DNA of 64,000 nt from contig BDGG01000002.1 of NCBI GenBank assembly GCA_001949185.1, positions 4,640,448 to 4,704,447 on the forward strand, given 5' to 3'. Source of the DNA: Ramazzottius varieornatus. Its lineage: Eukaryota; Animalia; Tardigrada. The notes beneath the pieces were generated by a model. The model was given only the letters and a program-made list of their open reading frames with translations, ran no database searches and was not told the DNA's origin. Shown one piece after another: positions 24,680-35,810 of the stretch; position 1 is the stretch's first letter; each line of letters begins with the position of its first letter. Made by a program: the position numbers and the translations under genes.

Positions 24680-27660
24680 TATCACGGTACCACGATTCCT
24701 CATCGGTGGCCGTAGGGATAAGGTTAACGCGATGCTCGGCCACATCCATTAACCCCCGACAGCCAAGACGGGGCTTCTGGGAAGGTTGCAGAACAAGGCA
24801 GTGTTATGGTGAACGAGCTACGTCCTCTCGTTTCAAACAATATCACCACACTTTGTGATCATTGGGAAGTGGTCTTCTTCTGCCTTTGAAGTCTAATTCT
24901 GTAATCACTTCGAAGCTAGAGAAATGGTTTCTCTTTGCAGATTATCGTGCGCGGCAAGATTCATAACGTCATTTTAAGAGCTCAGAAAGTTCGGGTAAGT
25001 TTTCGCAGTTTCCTGGTTTTAGGTCGTTTCTTAGATTAACCACGCAATCCTTCGTTCACCTGTTCAATACCGACCTTTCTTGTCAAGTAAAGAAATTCGT
25101 CAAGTAAACAGATTCGTCTCTTGGCTGATGCAGGAAGCAGTGCCGTTCAACTTTGTCTACACCGTCCAGCAGATGCACTACTTTCGGCGATCGGTTCTGT
25201 ATCCGCAGCTAGTGGAGGAAATTTCCAAACCAGTGGGGTGTTTGGTGTCGAAGCGAACTATGCTATGAAGGAGAACGGGGAAATGCGGGTCTTCCTACGC
25301 GGTCCACAGTCTCCACGTACCTTGCTGGGCGTTCGAACCATCTGCAAGATGTTTTCCGCGTCTCTTCAGGTTCGTACTTCCCCCGAAATCCCCGAATCTA
25401 TTTGAACCAGTAATGATGAGTTCTGTTTTTACCGTGAAAATAACTTTCTTTTGTCTGACATCTACGTGTTTGTTTTCCGTAGGAGGAGCACCAGGTTACT
25501 CAGTCGATATGCGTCCACCCAAACAGCCAGTCTTCCATGTGGGTCTTCTGTGACGGCGAACGATGGCTGAAGATGCTGTCCCGGGTAACTGGTGTCCAGA
25601 TTGCCTTCCCGAATCCACGCGGGAATAACGGGGACAAGCAAATCGTTACCATTTCTGGTTCCGTCCATGGCATGGCTGTTGCTTGGTTCGTTCTGATGGT
25701 ACTGTACAGCCAAGACAGTACTTCCTCGTTCCAAAATATGACGAGCAGAATATCTAGGTTAAACGTGCGTCTTGTTTCAGTCGATGATGCCGGTCGCGCT
25801 TCGACTCAACATCCCGCCGCACTTGGACGAACCTAGTCTCCGAGGTAAGTATCTTCGAGAACAAAGTTGTTTGGATATCTTGTTCGAAATTGTTCGAAAG
25901 GAAGTTTCATGCTTTTGCAGCTCTTCACCCACATATCACCAAGGACCTCCACGTTAACTTCCTGGCTCCTCGCTCGGTTCCGGCCTCAGAAGAACAGGAG
26001 GTAGAAATGTTCTTTATGTAGATCTGGTATTTTGAATGTGAAACAACTTCAAGTGAATCGCACTTGGAGGGACGTGGGCAGGTAATTTGAACCAGACCGT
26101 TCTTCCAGGAGGCGCACACTTCTACGTGGTAACAACAGAACCGTGCGCCGCTTGATATAGCGATGCTGGCTCGTGTTTGAAATACTCTACGTGTACTGTA
26201 AAACCAAGATCCTTTTTGAAGGATCTTAATCTTGCTTTCAACAACTACTCGGTGCAGAAGCGAGCGCCCATGAAGGAGGTGAAGACGGAGAAGGAGGTGA
26301 AGACGGTGAAGGAGGTGAAGATGGAGAACCTACCCGAATCAGAGTTATTATGCTGATTTGGACACTCTCGTCGAGACGTCTGCTCCGTCCACACCGCAAC
26401 GCTTCAAAATAGGAAAAACCGTAAAAGAAGCAAAGTGGTTACTGTTGTTAGCCTTACTCCAGCTGATCAAGCTATCGTCGACTCTCCTGCAGTCCAACAG
26501 CCTGCCAGTTGTAAGAGCTGCAAAGATTGACATTGTATCGATCGATTTCATCCATCAGTCCGGAATAACGATAGTTAGTCCCAGATCTAACTGTTGACAA
26601 AACGTCATGAACTGGACGAGTTGGCAACGACGTGTTGGTGCGGTATAGTCTCAAAATCACCCTCAGGGAAGACAACTTGGAGAAGCCACGAATGGGTTCC
26701 ATCGAAACCTCCACCGGAAGTGGGTCAAGGCTGGACCCAGACTGTCATGACTATCAAAACTACGATGGAAGCTGCGATGATTTTCCGGGCCAGGTGCGGA
26801 CCTATATTGTTGGACCAGTTCCACGCATATTTGCCAGAGTCGACAGTGCGAAAGGTGATCGAAGGACGTATGCTCTCGAGCACGTTTACTGATTACTACG
26901 GATTTGGCATCGAGAACGGAATGGAAGAAGCCAGACTGCTGACGGTAAAAGGCCCAAGTCTCTTCTTCCGCCTCAGGGAACAACTGCTTTCGGGCCAGCA
27001 TGGGATGCGACTCAGTACCGAAGATATACTACTTGAGATGAATGGGAAGCCAATGTGCGGAAGCGGTATATGGGCTCCCTACTTCATGATGAAAAACTTG
27101 TGGGAAGAAGGAGCATTACTACGTGTTACGGTGGTTTCTTCTAGTTTGCTGAATGATCGTGTCGATGTATCCGGGTTTCTATAGGATAACGTGTTTCCGA
27201 AATATACATTACAGTACGTGTACCAAGTTCAGTTGTGTTTCCACGTGGCACTGTATTCAGTATCAGCACCAGTCCCTAATCGACCATGGAGAGAAGATGA
27301 TTTGGATCGGGGAGATGGGGGATATCTGTTTGTGACTAACGAGGAGTTCTATCGATGGCTTGAGCGTTAGTATTTCGTAGAACATGGAGAGCCTGAAATT
27401 TAGTGATCCTTAGTGAAATCATTACGTGTTTTTTTAATTCTCAGTCTACAGGTTACTTTTACGGAACAATTTGGCCTTTCCAAAGCCGGATTCTAGCCTC
27501 GTAAGAAGACCAATGGAGGCTCGTTCCAATGACTGAACACTGTGTATACATCGACATTGCTCCATTGAGAGGTCGCCGTATGAGTTTCAAGAAAGCTGTT
27601 GGTATGATACTCAAAGACTCGGAGGAGGAAGTGGGTTTTTTCGACTTAGAGCCTTGCTCA
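24680..27660 (+). pseudogene. Decayed gene: Bicaudal-C-like KH domains followed by a MAGI-like PDZ0-guanylate kinase module (paralogue 1)
   Basis: KH-like LKMLSRVTGVQIAFPNP...KQIVTISGSVHGMAVAWFVLM; PDZ-like DYYGF...EDILLEMNG; GuK-like RPWREDD...YLFVTNEEF...EHGE / GYFYGT. Carries premature stops (27182, 27368) and frameshifts while keeping splice acceptors. Confidence 0.65.
26271..26328 (+). repeat. 18-bp tandem repeat x3 (KEVKTE-like coding repeat)
   Basis: gaaggaggtgaagacgga gaaggaggtgaagacggt gaaggaggtgaagatgga. Confidence 0.85.
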
Positions 27661-28188
27661 AGAACTCAAGAACTTAAGAACTTTTGCGTTACATAAGGAT
27701 AGGGGACCGTTTCGCTCAAAGCACAGGTGCCATCCTAGATATAACAGTTCCTTCGGTTTATTCCATTTACTTGAGGAATACCAGCCCAGTCGGGTTCTTG
27801 GCTCCTGCTCCAAAGTCCTCCACTCACGCGTTCTACGCACGAAATCTGATTTAACTAAGCTTGTAATCAGCGTCTAAGCAGCTTTTTATCTGATTTTGGC
27901 AGGTTTTTAACCAAAAAAGGCCATGAAATTGGCATAAAATCCAGGTGCAACCTGCTATCGTGAAATCAGCTTTTTTTTCTGACGAACTAGCGATCCGGCT
28001 AGGCTGGTATTATCTCTATAGAGGTGTCAACAATTTCCGTGAAGCTGTAAGTCCGTTTTACAACAGCAGACTTGAAGCCTAATGGAGAACTGTTGTGGAA
28101 GCAGACAGTCATTAAAAGATAGGAACACGTACGTTTTCGTTCGTGGGAGAAAACTGGAGCGCAAAACAAAGAGCGGACTCTTCAAAAC

Positions 28189-30226
28189 CTACAGCCGACT
28201 GTGCTCCTGGCTTGTTTGAGGTTCCGGCGATTGCTTTGCTCCTCGTTTATAAGGCCAACAGTTGAGCAGGTTGTTTGCCGACACTTCCTGGCTTCGCTTC
28301 TGGCATTCTTCCACAGTCTCGGGTAAAGCTTTGTTGTGGGTCTCCGGCAACCAGCATAGAGCAAAGACACCCACCAGCGATATGCTGCCGAATATAACAA
28401 AGGGTAACACCGGGCTATCATGTCTGAGGAAGACGATCAGAGGTCCCAAATTCGAGGCGATGTAAGAAACGGTGTTAGTGAAGGCCACACCTACATAACA
28501 ATAACCTCAATTAGGACCCGCGTGTTTTTAACTCTGTTTCACTTATCCCGTTTTCGCGGACCTTCCGAGCGGACGTCTGTGGGGTAGGATTCGTACAACG
28601 ACAGCTCCTGCGAAACGTAACTGCCAGTCATGAAGAGCTTGGCCGCCAGGAATGCTTCCAGAGGGACGGAAGCCACTCCGATACAAAACGCACTGGCACA
28701 GATGAAGCACGTCATGAAGACAAAGGTGGTTAGTCGGCGACCCACCATCCTCGCAATAACACCCGACATCAGCGAACCCGGTAACTCTATCATGGCTGAC
28801 AAACAGAAGCTCAGGTATGGATCGTTTCCAAGTGCAGGAGCGTAGTAGTTCAGTCCCACATAGCAAATAGTAACAGTGCTGGACAAATACGCTAGTAGCA
28901 GAGTTTGGCGAAACATGGGAAAGGTTTGAAAGATGCGGATCCAGTTCCACAGGTTTGCTGTTCGTCGTGTTGTTATATACCGCAATGTCTGGTTCCTCTT
29001 GCACATTTCCTCCAGTTCTTTCTCCCATTCTTCCGTCGGAGTAACTCCATTAACTTTAGCCATCAGTCTAAGCTGCTTCTGCGCATTCTTCAGCTGTCCT
29101 CTAGAGATCAGCCAGCGGGGAGAATGCGGCATGAAGAACCAGAAAACAAAGAAAGAAGCAAAAGGAGCGATACCGATCTGGAGCAGAGGTCGCCACGATC
29201 GCACAAGGTAGGCTAAGCCAGCAACGCCTATTCCACCGGAAGCATAAGCAAAGGTCAGGGCCGCGGAGAACCTACTTCGGAATCGAGCAGGTAGAATCTC
29301 CACGCCGATTGTATATGGAACTTGGTAGATGGTGTTCGTCCCTGTTGTCATAAGTATAGTGGCAAGAACGTAGGCATCGAAGGTGGGCGCGAATGACGTC
29401 AGCGTACCGAAAAAGACCACGATGAAGAGCGCCACGAAGTAGGTAATTCTTCGTCCAAAATGGTCCGCCAAGTATCCCCCAGCACCAATGCCGATCGCCC
29501 CACCGATGGAAGTGAGACTATAAGATAAGGTGGGTAAATAGTCTTTACCGCAGACCAAGTCCCAGTCGGTGGCAATGGTGTTGTGATATACGGAGGTATC
29601 AAAGTTCCACCCATGTTGGCACTGTGTTGTGGTCAAGTTGACTCTGGATGCGTTGATGAAGGATGAGAGAGCATCGTAGTCTTCGAACGCCGAGTAATTG
29701 AGGTCGTACATGCGGCATTGCGAGTATACGGAGGAGTTAGTATTCAGAGGCGGAAGTAGGGCGAGCTCGTCCTGGACGGATGAGATATTGACTGGAAGAC
29801 GACACCAGTGATCGGACGGGATTGGTATCACAAAATACTGCAATAGAACAACTACGTTTATGGATAAAGTATGAACGGTTCGGAACTTGTAGTTGGCTTT
29901 ATCGGGATACTGATTTGACAACGACAGACAGGCACAATCACTCAAAATTATTTGGTGTAATATACATGTTCAATTACCGTGAGCGACTGGATAAACGATA
30001 CGCTGAAGAAACAAGGAAGTAGGATGAACATCACAGTCAGAAACTGATAACGCCCTGTGCCATAGATCCTTTCCAGAAGATTTTCTATCTGATCAGAGAC
30101 GTTGTCCTCCTCGTCGATAGTCTCTTTCGAGTTCAGAGAACCATTCCGTTGGGCGTCCTTTCCTCCTGCTCCAGTGTCTTCGGGTGACTCTGAGGATTCG
30201 AATCCGTTGGCGAGGGAAGAACTCAT
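28189..30226 (-). CDS. SLC22 organic cation transporter (Orct-like, MFS). Exons 30226-29978, 29837-28562, 28490-28189
   Basis: Large Cys loop DHWC...CRMY...CQHGWNFD, TIATDWDLVC, LADHFGRR, HSPRWL, ESYPTDVRSEG, LPETHNKALPET; intron phases consistent. Confidence 0.93.
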
Positions 30227-31404
30227 GATGTTTCGTCGAGGCAGCCATTCATAAGTATGATGGATCAGGAAAAGCCCAACACAGCCGGGTAAAGTAGAGC
30301 AAATACGGCAGTCATCAGACTTTCACTGGGACGTCGACTTACATTGACGTGTATAAAAGATTCAGTACTTGCGCCGCATACTTATCGCTTCCTACAGAGA
30401 TTGCATACAGAAAAGGTAATCGCACACCTTGTTACGGAGGTATTCAAGCATGTGTCATCAACAAGGAAAACTATGGACAGAAGCGTCGTCCTGTGACCGA
30501 GCAGATGCACTTCTCATGTGGATACGGCGGAAAAACAATTCTAAAGTTGTAATTAGAGTCTTCCACTGCTGTTTCCAACACGACTACACAAGAAAAAAGG
30601 TTGCTGCTCTGAAGTTGTAAATGGCTATGAAGAAAACGACCGGCGCGTGCAGCATGGGCTTATCCGCAGGTCTACAGCCAAGATGCGTAAAGCTTTCAGC
30701 GTTCTTCCACCGGCTCAGCCGCTTACTGTGGGCAGTAATAGCATACAGAATGAGGAGGTTTGCTAATGAGCTTTTCCTGCAGTGCTGTATGAAACCACAG
30801 ACTACTAACTTGCTAAGACGTATCAATACTAAGATAAATGAAGTAAAAAATATGCCGCTCTCGCGCTCCCGGAGACCCTTGGAGTACATGCTCATTCCAT
30901 CAACATATGCGCCTGCCCACGCAAGAGGGCGCATGGTTTAGTGCTAAACTGTCCAGATGCAGCTGTTTACGAATTACGCTCATGCAGTCGACGTCGCTTG
31001 AGCAGTGACTTCCGCCGTTGCTCCCTTTCTGCCTGTACCACAAGTTATTCTGCAGAGCCCTGCATGGTCATCTTCGACTTGTTCTCTTCTAGCTACAGTG
31101 CAACGAAAACAACACGTAAATGAGATTTTCGTCACCTTGCCTTCACAGAGACTGACGACAGACAGCCAGCAACTTTGAGTCTCCTTGACTTTAACTTGGA
31201 TTGCCGCTCGCACTGAGAATGTCTCGTTGACCAGTTTGAGTATATTACGTGATTTCTGTGCATTTAAACAGCTTCAATTCTTTAAATCACACATTCGCCG
31301 GGTGAAGTACATTTACCAATGAACATAATCTTCAAAAATTCGTAATACAGCTCGGAAAATCCGTCTCGGGACCGAAACAAGGTTCCGGGGTAAGCTTAGG
31401 CTGT

Positions 31405-34400
31405 TCAAGCCTCAGGCGTTATTTTCAGCATAGGTATATTTTCGTGCTTTACAGATGGTGCTGGAGTTACCGCTAAGCTTCCATTTCCGTTCTGGTGATA
31501 ATCTCGCCTTATGAACGAATTTTGGAAGGACCTCGGAGACTCTGCTGCTTGGCGCACACTGCCAGAATGCCGGCTCATGTAACTGTGACGTAGCGTTCCA
31601 GTTCGGCTGACCAAGCTGTTACCGGCACTCGGCGGAAGTGGCTTGTTACACAGGATGTGCTGGAACTTGGTTCGGAACTTGCTGGACATGGCATACAGGA
31701 CGATGGGGTTGCTCGCGCTGTTCATATAGAACATGATCTTTGAGAAGTATAACAATCCATACCATCCTATTATTCCCAGTTTTTCGTACTCCTCGTCTTG
31801 GGCATTCAGTGTCCAGATCATCAGTACACGAAATGGCATCATGAAAAAGAAAAAGGTCGCGACCTACAATGGCAAACCGAAGTACAATACGTACTGTTAC
31901 GAAATTAGGTATTCCACCAAAAATAGATATTCATCCGACTCAGAACAAATTTGAGAAGTTTGTAGAGGTGTGAAAATGCCACGTACCACTGTAACCAGCA
32001 TAACAACCACTTGCTGGCGTGCTCTGCAAAGAAAAAAAGTCATGAATAGCGAGTACAGACTCACAATACAGATGGACACTCGATAAGCAAACTCGACAAG
32101 ATCGTTTTGCAAAGTGGCGCGCGCTTTCATCCAATAACACTGAAAACATGCACCATTTGAGAAAACGACTGCGCCGAGTTGGTTTGCCTTAGGTTCGCCG
32201 CCGATATTCCGATTTCCGATTTGGTCGAGTCTTTGACAAGATGACGGCTAATGAGGGTGTAGACCACAGTGAGGACACACAATGGTATGAAGAAAAACAC
32301 CGCGTTCTCGAAAGTCAAGTAAACTTTCTTCCAGGTGGAGTCGCTAGTTGGAAGGTTGCATACTGCCACTTCCGTTTTCGTGACAGTGTGGTTGGTGTAA
32401 CTGTGGCTTGCGATGAAGGTGATTGGAATGGTCGAAGTGAAGGCCACAATCCAAATGGCAAATATGATAGCACAGGAACGATTCCTCGATGAGACGTATT
32501 GCGCTTTCAGTGGATGAATAATCGCTGCAACGAAGAACCAATTTTACAAATCGGTACGCCTCTCAAAGCCGACATAGAACAGGCAGTAATCAAAGTCTTG
32601 GCCACCATCCTTACCCAAAAATCGCTCAAACGAAATTGCCAGGATGGTTAATACTGCCAAAAAAAGGATTTACTGTTAGATCGGACGTCCGTACTCAAGA
32701 CTCTCAAGTAAAATACGCTACAACATCTCTCACCGCTCAGATGACTGACTGACCATTCCAGGAAGGGATATGCTCTACCTGTAACCAGAGAAAACTCGTA
32801 TTCACTACAATGAGGAATATTAATCATATTGAAAATCTGAAATACCACCGAGTCAAACTACTTTCGCGATGTTCGAATGTGATTGTGTCGATTGTCGAAT
32901 ATGGTTTATGCGACTCAACTTCCGTCACTTAATGAGTTTGCTACAGCGCGTTCTTGACTGAAGACGGAAGAGATGGATGATGCTTCCATACTGCAACTTG
33001 ACTAGATGATGCCCTCAGAACAGCCTTTCGAGATGGATCGCAGTGTCGACCATTTTTTTTGAGAAACTGGCTCGTGGGACGGCGTACGAAAAGTCAAAGA
33101 AGCAATCAGATCGCAACATGGAAATTTTTCTCGATCTGGACTACAGTACTGTACTTATCCTATATCTGAGACCCTGAGGTCTTTTCCGCCGAGACCCCGA
33201 CAGGATGTGTGCGAAATATTCATGGGGTACCCAAGCCAATAAAGCTATGGCTGCCTGTTTCTCGTTTGGGACAACCAAATCATCCTGCTTTGGCATAATT
33301 TTCAGGGAATGAAAATTACACCTGACATCACCAACAATCACCTTCTCCCTGCTATCATGAAGTTGAAACCTCTTATGGGCGGATACACAGTGTGCTGTCT
33401 CCCCTGACTTCGGTGACCTCGAGCCTATAGGTAGAATTTGTTACGTGGTTCTTGCTGATGCACTGAAAGTCATATCGAACCGTGATGTCAAAATTGGGGG
33501 AAAACCGACACCGGGATACTTCATACGTGAAGAGCAACCGAGAGCTCAAATATAAAGCAGTACGTTATCCTTCATATTTGTGGTTGGATAGGTTTAGGTC
33601 GTTACGGCCGAGCAGGGATCGCCATCGATGCACATCGCATCAAATCCTTTATTATTATTCACAGTGATCAAGAGATCTTACTAAGCTCTTTAGTCGTTGC
33701 AAGTGCCGACTGCTCGTCAGGGAATCGATTAATCGAGCAAGGTCCCTGTTCTTCAAGTACTGTCTCCACTCATGATGTCATTAGGAGTATGCGTGTTCTC
33801 CACAATCACGGTAAACACTCATTTGATCTACAAACCATTGTTCGGCAATTCTGAAAACTGCTTATGGATAATACTTCAGTTGGGGAGGAAACTTCGCGGT
33901 TAGAAAGTTGCACTCATCGTTTCTGCACATAATAGATCGACGAGAACATCAGAGAGTTGTGCGGGGAAGAGTTGGGACCTCGGCGGACAAACTCGACCAA
34001 TTTGTTTTTCCAGGTGGCGCACGTGTTGAAAATATAGGCTGGAAGCGTGCGCCACTTGGGAAAGCGATCTTGTCAAATTTGTTTGCCGAGCTCGTAGATA
34101 GAAGTATACAGTATGTCGAACGTTTTGATTTGTTCTGCTTGGCTTGATTTTTTCTTGGATAGGGATCGCATATGCGAATGTGCTAATGGCTTTGAACCTC
34201 ATGCTGTGGTCATAACTGTCCATCATCATCCACGGCACTAAAATAATTATGTTTAACTGCCGTTCACCAAAATAAAGCGCCATCACGAGTCTCAAGCTTA
34301 GTGGAACGCGCTTGCATGACGGGAGAAAAAAGATCGGAGGATTGCACGGGCTGCTTGTCACAAACATAGGAGTGGCAGGGAAAAATTGGTTCTTCATTTG

Positions 34401-35810
34401 TGCGTGGTGGACAGCTCGTAAATCAAGTAGGCTGCCATGCATGCCTGTCTTGCTTCGCTATATAAGATGTCGTGTTGCCAAAAATCAGTTCCTCCATTAT
34501 CTTTCCATTTCCATGCACTAAAGCCCGCTCAGGCGGATATAATCGAGAGATCTTCCTCGGTCGTCCGCTTAACTTTCCCACTCTATCCAAATTAAAAAAC
34601 GAGTAACCAACGCGCGGCGAAAGAGACGGAAGTCAACCCATAACATACGAGGAACCCGTCAGAGTTGGACACCCCTTCCGTCTATGTGCAGTAGTCGGAC
34701 ACCCTTGAATCTCTCGAGTCGGTTCGTGAATACATTCCGGAAACGAAAGCACTTGAGATTGAGGACCACATGTTACTCTAAGGTTATAAGAGCTCTTTGA
34801 TGCCTGTAATGCGAACCTGAAGGGTTTAGACTTTGTTACTTTCCCTCTGCCTATGCAACTGTAAGCTAATTACCTGTGATTTCCGCGATGACGTCACTCG
34901 GACTTGACAGTATACAGGCATAATACAGCGTTACAGTCTTGACTTGTCTACGCGGACTACACCGCTATTTTTGGCTTGATCTGCTATAAAGTTGGCTGAA
35001 TTGGTTTTTGAGCAAGGTCGATTATTAAGTTACGGGCAGCTTTGCTGTCAAAATGCATCAGAATAACTGCTCAGTTTTCTTCTAAGGGCTATCAATATGT
35101 GTCTTAAACAAAATTAATGCGTTTGTCTCGCTCGGCCTTTTAACCTAAGTGTTTTGCTCGTAAAACAATCAAGTGACAGTTTTTGACTTACACATGCTTT
35201 CTCCAAGGTACCAAATGTCCTGGGTATACACGTCGAACATGGCAATTGGTACGCATAGTAAAATCACAAAGAAATCGGCAATACTAAGGTTCCTGTAAAC
35301 AAACACCAAAACTTAGTTAATATGGATTTGATTATCGTTGTTTGTGGGGAGCTAACGAAGCAAACAACATGTTGTACACCAGCAACCTACTACGAGCGAA
35401 GACGGAAGCGCTTAATTGACCAGGAACAGGTCATCAATCACAGCAGTCTTTCAAGAGCCGGAGATTTGCGTGGAGTAACTCCGGAGAGCTTAATGATAGC
35501 GCGCGGTTTACCAAGGCAATGTGTTGTTTACTTACGCCAAGAATATGTGAAAGATGTTGTCACGCATATCCTTGTACTTTAACACGACGAAGAAGACCAG
35601 AAAGTTCCCGACCGCGCCCACCACGAAAATAAACAGGTAGATGGTCGTGGTGACCACATGGAAATACAGCGGTAAGCGGGCAGGGGAGGCGCTCGTCGAA
35701 TTGTCATCTCCGTCTCCCATCGAAGAGTCCGAGCAAAATAACGAATAGTTTTTCAGGGCCTCCACCGAGCTGAGCGTGCTCTCATTTGGCAGGATCGAAC
35801 AGTCAAACAT
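31405..35810 (-). CDS. ETHR: Ecdysis-triggering hormone receptor-like class A GPCR. Exons approx. 35810-35536, 35292-35192, 32778-32734, short exon near 32615-32653, 32525-32188, 32023-31987, about 31864-31405
   Basis: GNFLV, NLSIADFFV, CRAYPFLEWSVSHLSVLTILAISFERF, PLKAQY, RARQQVVVML, PFRVLMIW, LLYFSKIMFYMNSASNP, MSSKFR closely follow insect ETHR motifs (VLTILAISFERY, RARKQVVLML, PFRVLTLW, LLYFCRIMLYLNSA). Confidence 0.85.
32082..32193. repeat. Palindromic repeat family A copy (ETHR intron, overlapping the donor)
   Basis: gcaaactcgacaagatcgttttgcaaagtggcgcgcgctttcatccaataacactgaaaacatgcaccatttgagaaaacgactgcgccgagttggtttgcc. Confidence 0.8.
33975..34092. repeat. Palindromic repeat family A copy (best-preserved hairpin, ETHR long intron)
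   Basis: ctcggcggacaaactcgacc...ccaggtggcgcacg [loop] cgtgcgccacttggg...gtcaaatttgtttgccgag. Confidence 0.85.

Noticed and set aside
27182-27184. Stop-codon readthrough or recoding to rescue the PDZ-GuK genes
   Set aside because: The TAG aligns with Gln (CAG) in the paralogue, but frameshifts and all three stop types also occur, and neighbouring genes use the standard code. Decay (or assembly error) is simpler.
30584-30934. Hydrophobic ORF as an alternative ETHR-B exon
   Set aside because: No TM5-TM7 GPCR motifs
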